DNA of 63,685 nt, filler included, from Octopus bimaculoides (Eukaryota): NCBI RefSeq assembly GCF_001194135.2. It is 5 parts of 5 records of this genome, joined end to end, with 100 filler letters (N's around TTAATTAATTAA, not from the genome) between each part and the next. Parts side by side here need not be neighbours in the genome. Positions count along the whole stretch, not along the records: positions 12,111 to 43,470 come from NW_026393178.1; 4 more parts are not named here. One strand, 5' to 3'. The notes beneath the pieces are model-generated. The model was not told where the DNA came from, ran no database searches, and worked only from the letters and a program-made list of their open reading frames with translations. Below are positions 24,950-37,505 of this stretch, piece by piece. Both the position numbers and the translations under genes were made by a program. How positions within the stretch are numbered: the first letter of the stretch is position 1; each line of letters starts with the position of its first letter.

Positions 24950-26110
24950 TGCATTGTCACTTAGTACATAGTATTGCTTTCTTTGCCTCAGTAGACTTAA
25001 GGATGCATATGTTTCGGTCAAGAAGACTTTCACATTCGTTTTCTTTTTTGATGAGTGTACAAAGCAAAACAGGTAGTTAGAAGAGTTTTTTTGCTTTCAT
25101 GATACTGAATAGAGAGAAAATGCGGTAAGTGTTGACAGTATGGCTAAGCTTAGAAATGGCAATTAATATGGTTCTACATCATGATACATTGCAGAGTTTT
25201 TCCAAACACTGTATAATAAGTCTTCTAGGATTATTTGTTTGAAAGCAACCATTTCAAAATCCTATATCAAAGATATATTTGCTGTTTTATTTGGCTATTC
25301 TGCCTTCTTTCACCAATTTCAACAAGTTTTTTTGAAGAGAAGACTCATTTGCTAAACAATAAATTACATTCTTTTTCTTTTTTCTTTTTATAAACTTTCG
25401 AGTAAATTCATGATACAGGATACTATTTTAAACAAAATGTCTTGTCCGAATTATGTAAAATATGAAGAAAATCATTGTACTTTCCCTGATATCTTCATTG
25501 GGACAGTAACTATATACACAATGCACTTATTCAATGGAGGAAATGTTTAAGATTTGAGTAAATGTAAGGCATCGTTACATTTTATATTTTTTACATGAAT
25601 GCCATTACAAAATCTAGTAAAACACTGTCTGAAAGTGAATTCCAAAGGAATATATAATTCATTAATTTCCTTATAAGAATGTAACTCAGGCATTTTAAAA
25701 AAATATAGCTACAGTGATTTTTTTTTACTTGTTCTAGATCAACAATTGAAGTTGGAAAGCTTCACAATGAGTTTCTAGATTATCAAATGCTGCTAAATAA
25801 CATAATTGCCTACAATGGTGAAGCTTTATTTTCAAAATGTGTAGATAATGCAAACATAGCATCAGATATGAATGATTAGTATCAAAATTCCATAGAATTG
25901 ATATTTTATGAAATTATTCACAATCTTTGTCGCCGAAAGATGGTAAGAAAAGATATAACTATATAGAGTTGTTAATGATGTATTTATGATTCCACACTCT
26001 AATACGACTAAAAAAAAAGTGTTCAATTTAATTAAACCCAACAAAACTCCAAGTAGGTCATTGCTTAAGGCAGATAGCTTATTGTCTTCTCTCATTACAG
26101 TAAACGTAGA
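24950..26110 (+). pseudogene. Highly decayed hAT-superfamily transposase
   Basis: Ordered motif remnants across frameshifts and stops: VLTVWLSLE (25129; cf. VSTRWLSL), PISKIYLLFYLAILPSFTNFNKF (25261), LHNEFLDYQML (25760), IPHSN (25989) and VFNLIKPNKTPSRSLL (26019; cf. PHSNA.EERVFS dimerisation region). Element ends were not found. Confidence 0.7.
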
Positions 26111-26662
26111 TGTAGAATGATGTTATAAGTATTAGCAACACAGGAATATGTGGTTTAGTGCATTGGACATGTAAACATAAACTGTAATATTTAGTTTAAT
26201 GCATTGCACATTTAAACATAAAAAGTCAATTAATAAAGATCTGGTCCATTATGAGTGTGTTATGTCTTACTATGTATATATAATGTCTGTATGCCCTACT
26301 ATGGCAACAGTTGGTACAGGCAAACTTTTGACCTGAATAAAGCAACATATTTTCATGTATAAATGATATGTTCTCCTGTATAAAACACCTTAAATCCTGG
26401 CAAAGAAATCTTTTGTATATGTGCATCAGGCCGGTGCTAGAATGATTGCAGATTTTGTTACATATGCATATGAAAAGAAAAGTCAGCTATTGCTTTTGTA
26501 CCAAACTAGCTTTGTGTATGATGCATGCTCTGATTTTAAAATTTAAAAGCTGGGGGAAAATGCATGAATTAAACTTAAGAAAGCTCCAAAGTGGCTAAAA
26601 ACTAAAATATATATATATTATTTACAATTGACGGATATTTGTCTTCATCTTGTTTGTTGTTA

Positions 26663-26706
26663 ACACAACATTTCAGCTGATATATCCTCCAGCCTTCATC
26701 AGGGGT
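26663..26706 (-). ncRNA. Minimal type I hammerhead ribozyme motif (core intact, two CpG-type wobble changes)
   Basis: ACCC-CTGATGA-A-GGCTG(GAGGATATAT)CAGCT-GAAA-T-GTT-GTGT. Confidence 0.72.
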
Positions 26707-26991
26707 CTTGGGGGAAATTTTGAACCTGGATTCTCATTCCTAAGGTATTTTTTGATGTTGTTTAAACAATATTATTATTATTATTCTTATTATTTTTATT
26801 ATTATTATTATTCAGGTCACTGCCTGGAATTGAACTCGGAATCGTAGAGTTAGTAGTCTGCGCTCTTAACCACTAGGCCATATTCAGTGACCTGAATAAT
26901 AATAATAATAATAATAATATTAATAATAACAACAACAGCAACATCGAAAAATACCTTAGGAATGAGAACCCAGGTTCGAAATTTCCTCAAG

Positions 26992-27035
26992 ACACCTGAT
27001 GAAGGCTGGAGGGTATATCAGCCAAAACGTTGTGT
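26992..27035 (+). ncRNA. Minimal type I hammerhead ribozyme motif (G12A, probably inactive)
   Basis: ACAC-CTGATGA-A-GGCTG(GAGGGTATAT)CAGCC-AAAAC-GTT-GTGT. Stem I is ACAC:GTGT and stem III is the palindrome AACGTT. Confidence 0.72.
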
Positions 27036-27494
27036 TAACAACAAACAAGATGAGGACAAATATCCGTCAATTGTAAATAATGTACATAATTCCTCATCTA
27101 TAGAACTAAAATATATCTGTTGTAATTTCTGTGAATTTTTTTAGCTGATTTTTCTTCCAGTACTTACTATTATTTTGTAACAGTTTTGCAAAGTTTTTTA
27201 GTATTTTCATTCAAGTTGGTTGATGAACCTCAAATTACATTATTTACATGCCCTGCCTTACACTTAAAAAATAGCAAACCTACTTTTTATATTAAAAGAA
27301 AAAACTAATACTGATTTTATATTTACAAAAAAGAGCAAATACTGTCTTCATTACTTTATTCTCTGCATTCAGAATAATAATTATTATCTCATGTGTCTTT
27401 ATCCCTTTAATGGTAGTTTGGCAATAAATTTCTAACAAACTGAGCAACTGCATAGAGACGTTCTTGTTGGCTCATTGTTAATGTTTAGCCCTAA

Positions 27495-27865
27495 GTGGAG
27501 GCGCAATGGCCCAGTGGTTAGGGCAGCGGACTTGCAGTCATAGGATCGCGGTTTCGATTCCCAGACCGGGCGGTGTGAGTGTTTATTGAGCGAAAACACC
27601 TAAAGCTCCACGATGCTCTGGCAGGGGATGGTGGCAAACCCTGCTGTACTCTTTCATCACAACTTTCTATCATTCTTCCTTCCTGTTTCTGTTGTGCCTG
27701 TAATTCAAAGGGTCAGCCTTGTCACACTGTGTCACGCTGAATATCCCCGAGAACTACGTTAAGGGTACACTTGTCTGTGGAGTGCTCAGCCACTTGCATA
27801 TTAATTTCACGATCGGATCAACTGGAACCCTCGACGTCGTAAGCGATGGAGTGACAACAACAACA
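27495..27865 (+). mobile_element. Full-length tRNA-derived SINE with 15-bp TSD
   Basis: A box TGGCCCAGTGG, B box GGTTTCGATTCCC and (CAA)n tail. TSD AATGTTTAGCCCTAA at 27480-94 and 27866-80. Confidence 0.92.
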
Positions 27866-28633
27866 AATGTTTAGCCCTAAATCAGACCTAATTGTGGAGA
27901 TTTATAATTCAAAGATTTCAGAAAGCACTACCCTTTCCTCCAGATCAAACCAATAGCAAAATATATGAAAAAAAAAAAATTGCCTCAATAATATGTTGAC
28001 TGTCCTCCTTTAATCCATTCTGGCCTTTTTATTACATCTGTAACTGCTCTCTCATTGTTCTGAAAATTGTCAACAAATCTTTCTAGAATCTTTAGATGAC
28101 ATTGTTTTTAGTTCACCTCACAAGACTAAATATTGTTTTCAAATTTTGGTACAAGGCCAGCAATTTCGGAGGAGGGGTTAGGTCAATTACATTGTCCAGT
28201 ACTTATTTTATCGACCCTCAAAATTATAAAAGGCAGTTGACCTCAGCAAAATTTGAACTTGGAACATATAAAGATGGATGAAATACCGCTAAGTATTTTT
28301 CCCAGTGTGCTAATGATTCTACCAGCTTACTGCCTTAACAAGACTAAATATTTTGGACAAGCCAATAAGGAAACTTCTATGCACTTACTCATCATGCAAG
28401 AAAGAGGTGCTAATTCTCCTTTAAACTGCACACTAATGTTTGAAAAGAGGTTACTTACATCATTAAGTAATGTGGTTTCTGATGAGCATTACTTGAGGGT
28501 TAAAAATAAAAGGTACCTCAAAAACAAACAAAATCATGAAACTTGTCGGTCACAGCTTAAATGGTTTTGACCAGGACTGAATCATAGATTATTGATACGC
28601 GCGCGCGCACGCACACACACACACACATATATA

Positions 28634-29456
28634 CTAGGTTTGATCAATAAGTATCCGGACTGTTGCCATAGTAATGAAGCTAAAGTATACAGAGTGAAGC
28701 CACATGGCAAAGATTGACCTTTAACTCTGCTGTGCATTGCACACGCTGTTTACAGCAGTGCTTGGAAGGAAGGTGTGTAGCATGTGATCGTTGCATTGAC
28801 CATGACAGAGAAAGTTGTCATGCGATACCTACTCAGAGGCTGATGCGAAGTTGCAGAAAGTGTATGGAGAGGAGTGTATGAGCTGCACACAGGTGTACGA
28901 GTGGTTTAGACATTAACCAAAATGGCCAAATAAATGTTGATATTGATGAACGTTCTGGGAGACCTGCAACCAGCAGAACTGAGGAAAGCATCATAGATGT
29001 GCATGCAGCTAAAAGGGGAAAATCATATCACCATCCATGAGTTATCAGAGGATGTGCAGATTAGTTACAGTTCATTATCACTGAAGATTTGGGTATGAGA
29101 TGCATGTCTGCCAAGTTTGTGCCAAAACTGCTTTCAGCTCACCAAAAGAACACTCAGTGTTTCAGTTGCAAAAGATCTCCTTGATTGTGTCAAGAATGAT
29201 GAAAACTTTGCGTAGGCCTCTGAGCAGGTATTGCCAAGCTTTTGACAAAATTTGATACAGATTCTCTGCTCGGCTTTCTCTGTCATGGTCAATGCGATGA
29301 TCACATGCTACACATCTTCCTTCAAAGCACTGCTATAAACAGCAGAAGTGAGCTAGAATGTTAAAACTTAGTGCATATGCACAGCAGAGTTCAGGTTCAA
29401 TCTGTGCCAAGTGGCTTCACTTTGCATGCTTTAGCTTCGTTACTATGGCAACAGTC
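28634..29456. mobile_element. Mariner-derived fold-back element (5' end copied in inverted orientation onto the 3' end)
   Basis: The + strand encodes decayed mariner N-terminus (KLQKVYGEECMSCTQVYEWF, DERSGRP, AKFVPKLL, DLLDCVKNDENF). The minus arm 29204-29456 encodes MTEKAEQRICIKFCQKLGNTCSEAYAK from ATG 29286. TA lies at 28632-33. The right tip is lost where a SINE tail begins. Confidence 0.88.
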
Positions 29457-30371
29457 TACTTGACTGTGGCCATACTGGAGTACCACTTTAAAGAGTTTTT
29501 TAGTTAAACAAATTGACCCCAGGACTTATTCTTGTTTAGGCCTAGTGATTATTCTATTGGTTTCTTTTGCCGAACTGCCAAGTTATGGGAACCTAAACAC
29601 ACCAGGTTGTCAAGCAGAGGTGAGGAGACAGACAGACGTACACACACACACACACATGTATATATATATATATATATATATATATNNNNNNNNNNNNNNN
29701 NNNNNNNNNNNNNNNNNNNNNNNNNNNNNNNNNNNNNNNNNNNNNNNNNNNNNNNNNNNNNNNNNNNNNNNNNNNNNNNNNNNNNNNNNNNNNNNNNNNN
29801 NNNNNNNNNNNNNNNNNNNNNNNNNNNNNNNNNNNNNNNNNNNNNNNNNNNNNNNNNNNNNNNNNNNNNNNNNNNNNNNNNNNNNNNNNNNNNNNNNNNN
29901 NNNNNNNNNNNNNNNNNNNNNNNNNNNNNNNNNNNNNNNNNNNNNNNNNNNNNNNNNNNNNNNNNNNNNNNNNNNNNNNNNNNNNNNNNNNNNNNNNNNN
30001 NNNNNNNNNNNNNNNNNNNNNNNNNNNNNNNNNNNNNNNNNNNNNNNNNNNNNNNNNNNNNNNNNNNNNNNNNNNNNNNNNNNNNNNNNNNNNNNNNNNN
30101 NNNNNNNNNNNNNNNNNNNNNNNNNNNNNNNNNNNNNNNNNNNNNNNNNNNNNNNNNNNNNNNNNNNNNNNNNNNNNNNNNNNNNNNNNNNNNNNNNNNN
30201 NNNNNNNNNNNNNNNNNNNNNNNNNNNNNNNNNNNNNNNNAAAGAACACAAAATAACTGTGGTTATTTTAATAGCAAAGATCCCTATGGATCACACAGGT
30301 TGTAATCCTTTGAAACATATGTAGGAATAAAGTATGCAATTATAACATGCGTTTTCTCCAATCCTTAAATT

Positions 30372-30412
<41 letters not shown>

Positions 30413-30817
30413 TAAGAGAGAGAGAGAGAGAGAGAGAGTGTAACACACACATAAGCAAAGACTGAATTGTGCAACATATGTTGCCTATTTGTGAGGTTTT
30501 CAAGTAGAATGCATGCTTAAAAATGTTGCCTTCGTTATGATGCATCTTGCAAGTGTGTGTGTGTGTGGGAATTGAAATAGAATTGTATCAAAATCTTGTA
30601 CAAATAACTAAAGAAATACAAACACCAAGCTGTAGCAGCAACAATAACAGTAATGAAAGTAAAAGGCAGAGTGCGTTTACAATAACAGCAACGAATGCAG
30701 CAGCAAACTACAAAATAAAACTTCATAATACTGCATCAATATTTTACAGCTCTCTGATTTCAAATATGATATTTGGCACTGGCTGTGAAGTTTCTAAAGA
30801 GCCATCCTGATTTCATT

Positions 30818-30864
<47 letters not shown>

Positions 30865-30872
30865 AGAGAGAA

Positions 30873-30903
<31 letters not shown>

Positions 30904-31329
30904 TGGAGGGAGGGAGGGAGAGGGAGAGAGAAAGAGGTGTGGGGAGAGGATAATTTGAAATGCAGTAGCAGTGGGGTGCATAGTTGTTCCTGTCAGAATG
31001 TTACAGAAGGCTGCTGTTTCATGCACCTACCTGAGGAGCACTTAAAAAAGTTTGAATGGTAAGCAGTTTGTTTGACTGTTGTGCAGAGGAGTGATTGAAA
31101 AATTTCAGTTACTAAAAATAGTGATACTTTTAATATTTCTGAACTCCAGTTTGCCTGACAGGTGGGTAGGTGGGTAGGTTAGTAGACAGGTAGGCAGTTA
31201 GGTAGGTAAGTAGGTGGCTAGGTAGGTAGATAGGTAAATGTGCAGAAGTCTAAATTAATGTCTTGGAGCTCTCCCTTTGTCCAAACCCATGAATTCCATT
31301 GTGTAATTTTTGTCATTGCAGACTGAGGG

Positions 31330-31930
31330 CAGATTTGACTTGTTTGAAATAACAGCCAAATCTCCCTCAAATTGCACATCTCCACTTCACTATTTTAGAA
31401 GAGGACACATCAGGTAACATGGTCCTTTGTTCTCTGCTCATCTGGAATCCCCTTGGTTATAGGTCTGTTCAGTCAGGGCAGTCCTGGGGCTAAATAGCAA
31501 TAGCAACTAGTTTCCTTGGATGGATTGTTTAATACTGACTGACAGCCAACAATGGAGTCTCTGTATGGTCGTTTCACTTGCAAGAAATAGTAGCCAGATC
31601 ACCTTATCACCCTTCTTTAAAAAAAGGAAAAATGAATTCAAGACAAAAAAATGACTGGATGGTCACAACTGGAATGCTTTTGATGATCATGAGTCTGCTT
31701 GATCAAAGTTGTCTTGGGGCTAAACAACAACAGTAACTCCACAGCCATAGTGAATAAACAAAAATGAATCACTTAATCTGTTAGAAATAGCAGCTAAATC
31801 TCTCTTGAAAACCATTCTGTAATAGTTCTTCAAATATGAAGGAAACAAAGGATGGTGTAGTCTGAGATAAAGAATATCTGAGAAGATGGGATAGTCGTAG
31901 CTAGAATGTATTTTAATGATAGGGCTGACA
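31330..31930 (+). mobile_element. Three degenerate tandem copies of an abundant (CAA)n-tailed repeat family
   Basis: Recurrent GAAATAGCAGCCAAATCTCCCTCAAA...GATCAGGGCTGACCTGGGGCTAAACAACAAC modules. Related pieces at about 20780-21180, 33400-33850, 34500-34730, 37520-38040 and 51900-52200. Confidence 0.7.
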
Positions 31931-34900
31931 TGGAGGCAAACAACATCTGACAAATGAACAAAATGATAAATAAGAACAATGACAATAACTCAAATTCTTG
32001 TATTCATAATTGTTGTTTTTGTTTAGCCATGACCACCCTGTCTTATTCTGCAGACATAGTTGACAAAACACGGCTAAATTTTGGTCAAGAAGTTTACTTC
32101 ACAATTATTAGGTTCTGGACTCAATCCCATTGCATGGCGTCATTTGTGCAAGTGCTTTCCCCCATAGCTTCAGCTCAAACTAAGGCTTGTGAGTGAAATC
32201 AAATCGACAGAGACTGCAGAGAAGCCCATCAGATAGATTGTACCTGTAATTAAAAAATCCATCCTTGTCATGCACTATGACATTAATTCTGTTTTAGGAT
32301 TAACTACAGTATACACACACGTGTGTGTGTGTGTGTGTAATACTCTGCCACTTATATGCTAATGCAATGAGTTGGTAGATCAAACAACTCATTGAATTAG
32401 TTGTCAATCCAATGAGTTGTTTGATCTACCAACAACTCATGGATTTGTTGCTAGATCAACAATTCAGTGTCAAAACTGACAGAGATCTGTTTTACTTCAC
32501 TTTAGTATAAAGTGTCTAGGACTTCGTTGTGCAACATATGCTTCATTTCTTTCTCAAGACAATTAGGCATAATTTGAGAAAGATTTGGCTGCTATTTCTA
32601 ATAGTTTGAATGACTACACATATGGGCTTGTGTTTAACTCCAAGTTATTCCTGATTGAGTAAATATATGATTAAATGTGTTCTAAAGATGATCATTCTGT
32701 CCTTTCTTATATATCCAGGACCACATTGTGTAATGCACTCCTCTCTTCTCAGAATAGTAAGGTATAATTTGTGGGAATTTAGCTGATATTTGTAGCAAGT
32801 TAAGCAACCACTTAAAAGCTTCTGCTTTATATGTTATTTTATGTTGGTGTTGACCAACATAAATCTTGCATGTTATAATGAGCCTTGATTGAATAAACTC
32901 ATGATCAAATGCAGAGGTGTTTTTCAACTATGGCAGTCTTGTCTTTTTGTTTATGTGTTGTACACCTTGGACGACATTATCCAATGTGACCTTATTTGTT
33001 AGTAGCAATAAGGATGTAGTTTGAGTCAAAATTTTCTCATTTCCTTGACCCAAAGCAATGTTAGAGGATTGTAAGGGTTGAAAAGGAGTGGACAAATTGC
33101 CATGTTTAGTACAGTTAGCTTGTTTTTAAACTTTTTTCACTCAACCAGCACAATGACTGAGAAAGAAGAAATATTATATGGACGCAAATTATTTCCTTCT
33201 CATTAATAAAGTAGGGGAGGGGGACAAAAAATTTTTCTGCATATTGGGAGTGGTGGGGTCTGGTGTGGTATTTATCAGTTGAGAACCATTGACCTGCAGA
33301 GTAGTCAAGGTTGGCAGCTTAACTGGTAATAAATGTTGCTGAGTTAGATAAACTATTGCATATACCATGATTGTCACTGACACTTGTTAGGATGCCATTG
33401 ACAGGTGGTGGGTGGGCCAATGAATGGGTCTCTTTGTGGTTGTTTGATCAACTAGAAGTAGCAGCCAAATTTTTCTCAAATCACACCCTACCAGCTTAAA
33501 CACAGAAATAAATATTAGATAACATAGCCCTTACTATCCTAGGTATGTCACAAACCCTTGGACTCATAAGGCTGGAGCTTTAACCTCGTTTCCATGGGAT
33601 GCCAGTCTATCTATCATAGGGGTTAACTTCCCAACTATTGCTGGAACTCATTTACAGCTAGAGGTGAGTGAACTGAAACAATGTAAAATGGAGTGCTTTG
33701 CTCAAGAACATGACACACCGCTCAGTCTGGGAATCGAAACCATAATCTTGCAATCATTAGAGCAATTCCCTAATCACTTGGCCACACACCTTCACTTACT
33801 GTCTTACGTACCTTCAAAAAAGACAGGATAGGCATGACTAGAATACTTTAAACCAATGGTTCTCAACCTTTTTTTTACTATTTTACTCTGGTGGACTCCC
33901 CTCACCATTTGAAGTTTAATCCTTTAGCATTTGGATTATTCTATCAAATGTAATGCTTATTTATTCACATTGCTTTGAATTAATCATATATTATCTTGTT
34001 GCTTTGAGATTTCAATGATGTAGTTGTGTATTTTTAGAATGACATTTTAGAATAGGTGTGAGAGGCCTGATCTGGCCAGTTTGAACATAAAACAAAGAGA
34101 ATATTTTAGCTGGATATGGCCAGTTTAAATGCTAAAGAGTCAAAACCTGTTTTATATTCTTTCAAAATTCTTATTTTGGTTTTCACACATTCACTTTAGG
34201 CCTGTTTGATCAGGGCTGACTTGGGGTTAAATAACTGTAAGAATTGCCACAACTCTCTGCTATCTGTTTGGTCACTGGAGAGAAACATTATCATTACCAG
34301 TCTGGTCCTTAACATTGTCTAATCTAATCAGTAGGTTTCTCTATGAATTAACATATTTGCTTTCTTTTATCTCTAATTACCCTTCTTTCTATTCTTGTTC
34401 TCTTGTTCTGCTGTATTCCCATAAATGTTAGAATGCCATTCGGTGTTTAGTTACTGCTTCATGTTTCACCTTTCATACATTGCTCCAATGTCAATAAAAG
34501 CAGTACAACGAACGTGACAAAGAGACCTCTATGTGGTCGCTTGGGAACGGTAGAAATAGCAGCCAAAGCACTCCCAGCTGTTTTAAATACATAAATGAAT
34601 AAAGAGAAGACCACATTGGATAAACCTAGTTTTAGATTTCTGAAAAGACAGGATGATTCTGGCTGGAGTATCTTTGGCCATTGGTGGTCTGTTTGATAAG
34701 GACTAACCTAAGGCTTAAACTACAACAACAACAGAAACAGGAATTGCTACCAAAATATGTAGGAATTCACATGATTAGCTATTTTCCTTACTTGTGATTT
34801 GGTGGCCTTAAGCCAAGATCTAAATATTATTCTTACTGTTATTTACTTTCACCCAAATGACTTTAGCATTTTGATAAGAGCAGTAAATTTTAGAACTGTT

Positions 34901-35208
34901 TTTATTTTTTTATTTTAATTTTAACTTATTTATTTATTTATTTATGACAATTTTAGAATATAAAAATCTTCATTCTTAGAGTTTGCTCATCTCTGGTTAA
35001 CCGTCTTTAGTATCTTATTATAAATATGTTACTTATCATAAATAAATTACTTCATCTTTATCTTTATTGCAATTCATGTTCACATCTGGAAATTCTTTCC
35101 TTTTGGCTACTCAAATGTGCATGCAATAAAAAAACACAGATGCACATGCACAGAGTCAGAATGGCTTCTGTATTTGTGTATCAGGATGAGAAAAAGAATA
35201 ATAATAAT

Positions 35209-35407
35209 CTTCTTCTTCTTCTTCTTCTTCTTCTTCTTCTTCTTCTTCTTCTTCTTCTTCTTCTTCTTCTTCTTCTTCTTCTTCTTCTTCTTCTTTTTCT
35301 TTTTCTTTTTCTTTTTCTTTTTCTTTTTCTTTTTCTTTTTCTTTTTCTTTTTCTTTTTCTTTTTCTTTTTCTTTTTCTTTTTCTTTTTCTTCTTCTTCTT
35401 CTTCTTC
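35209..35407. repeat. Polypyrimidine tract (CTT)n-(CTTTTT)n-(CTT)n
   Basis: About 200 nt of C/T only. Confidence 0.95.
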
Positions 35408-35409
35408 CA

Positions 35410-35950
35410 TTGACCCAATACTCAGCTAGTACTTATTTTATTAACCCCAAAAAGGATGGGAAGCAAAGTTGACCTCAGTGGAATTTAAACTCACAATGTA
35501 TAGCTGGACGAAATGCTACTAGGCATTTTGCCTAGCATCCTTAAGATTCTGCCAGCTCACCGCCTAATAATAATAATGATTATAATAATCCTTTCTGCTA
35601 TAGGTACAAGGCTTGAAATTTTGGGGGAGGGAGCTAGTTGACTACATTGACTCCAGTGTGTAACTGGTACTTATTTCTGCAACCCTGAAAGGATGAAAGG
35701 CAAAGTCATCCTCGGCAGAATTTGAACTCAGAACATATGGACAGACCAAATACCACTATGCATTTTACCCGGCGTGCTAACAATTCTGCCAGATCACCGC
35801 CTTATAATAATAAGAACCCTTTCTGCTAAAGGCATGAGGCTTGGCATTTGTTGGGTGGGGGCTAGTTGATTATATCAACCCCTGTACGAAACTGGTATTT
35901 ATTTCATCATCCCCAAACAGATGAAAGGCAAAGTCAACCTCAGTGGAATT
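35410..35950 (-). mobile_element. Three tRNA-SINE copies in (AAT)n
   Basis: Same head and core modules as the 21825-22900 array. Confidence 0.85.
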
Positions 35951-36234
35951 ATAATAATAATGAAACAGGCGCTCCAGCTTGGCTGCAGTTAAATGATTGA
36001 AACAAGTAAAAGAATAAAAGAATAATGAGCCAGTAGCATCAGTAGCATATGGGGCATAATACTTAGTGGTGTTTCTTGCATCTCACTATGTTCTGGGTTC
36101 AAATGCTGCCAAGGTCAACTTTGCCTTTCATCCATTTGGAGTCGATAAATTAAATAACAGTGAAACACTGGGGTTGATATAATCGACTTATCCCCTCCAC
36201 CAAAAATGGCTGCCCTTGTGGCAAAATTTGAAAC

Positions 36235-36270
<36 letters not shown>

Positions 36271-37119
36271 CATTGCTACTATTAAGGCAGTGAGCTGGCA
36301 GAGTTGTTACTGTGCCAAGGAAAATGCTAAGAAGCATCTCTTCCAACTTTATGTTCTGAGTTCAAATGCCCCTGGGGTCGACCTTGCCTTCCATCCATTT
36401 AGGCTCAATAAAATAAGTACCAGTTGAGCACTTGGGATGATCTAATTGACTTAATTCCTCCCTCGAAATTGCTGGCCTTGNNNNNNNNNNNNNNNNNNNN
36501 NNNNNNNNNNNNNNNNNNNNNNNNNNNNNNNNNNNNNNNNNNNNNNNNNNNNNNNNNNNNNNNNNNNNNNNNNNNNNNNNNNNNNNNNNNNNNNNNNNNN
36601 NNNNNNNNNNNNNNNNNNNNNNNNNNNNNNNNNNNNNNNNNNNNNNNNNNNNNNNNNNNNNNNNNNNNNNNNNNNNNNNNNNNNNNNNNNNNNNNNNNNN
36701 NNNNNNNNNNNNNNNNNNNNNNNNNNNNNNNNNNNNNNNNNNNNNNNNNNNNNNNNNNNNNNNNNNNNNNNNNNNNNNNNNNNNNNNNNNNNNNNNNNNN
36801 NNNNNNNNNNNNNNNNNNNNNNNNNNNNNNNNNNNNNNNNNNNNNNNNNNNNNNNNNNNNNNNNNNNNNNNNNNNNNNNNNNNNNNNNNNNNNNNNNNNN
36901 NNNNNNNNNNNNNNNNNNNNNNNNNNNNNNNNNNNNNNNNNNNNNNNNNNNNNNNNNNNNNNNNNNNNNNNNNNNNNNNNNNNNNNNNNNNNNNNNNNNN
37001 NNNNNNNNNNNNNNNNNNNNNNNNNNNNNNNNNNNNNNNNNNNNNNNNNNNNNNNNNNNNNNNNNNNNNNNNNNNNNNNNNNNNNNNNNNNNNNNNNNNN
37101 NNNNNNNNNNNNNNNNNNN

Positions 37120-37469
37120 TGAATGGTGAAGTTCCAGAGGAGTGCGATGTGATCATTTTCAAGTACTGGGGGTGGTTTGTGTTCCCACCAGTTTTTATCA
37201 TGGGGCAAGTCCAGGTTTTTGCATATTACTCAGTGAATATATTGTGCAGCTCTATCATGCCTGTTGAGATACTCTGTAGGCACAAGCAGACTGCACATGG
37301 AGACAACATGATCGATGGTCTCATTTTGTTGTTGGCATATACGACATAATGGGGAGCTGCCGTTCTTTAATATGTTGGCCTGGTAGTTCTTTGTAGGTAG
37401 GCATTGATCTTGGGCTGCTATGATAAACCCCTCTGTTTCTGATTTCAAGCCAGAGGCCATCAGCCATTG

Positions 37470-37470
<1 letters not shown>
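37120..37470 (-). pseudogene. R4/Dong-like (RLE) non-LTR retrotransposon fragment, CCHC region
   Basis: WLMASGLKSETEGFIIAAQDQCLPTKNY...CRICQQQNETIDHVVSMC...RHDRAAQYIH*VICKNLDLPHDKNWWEHKP...LLWNFTI. One TGG>TGA stop. The 5' end abuts (TTA)n at 37471-37506, and the element runs into a gap. Confidence 0.85.

Positions 37471-37505
<35 letters not shown>

Larger units (their letters stand above)
26613..27103. mobile_element. Hammerhead-containing tRNA-headed SINE, inserted as an inverted (divergent) pair with a 13-bp TSD
   Basis: The ~200-bp arms 26613-26822 and 26885-27086 are reverse complements. The minus copy keeps A box TGGCCTAGTGG (26880-70) and B box GAGTTCAATTCC (26837-26). AACTAAAATATAT flanks both sides (26600-12, 27104-16). 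Confidence 0.85.

Noticed and set aside
27495-27570. tRNA-like sequences here and at 10430-10503 and 26812-26883 as tRNA genes
   Set aside because: They run into SINE bodies with tails or TSDs, and a full cloverleaf is not supported.
32682-32927. 81-aa minus-strand ORF, or a 43-nt + strand exon near 32718-32760
   Set aside because: No recognisable homology, and the strand is ambiguous.
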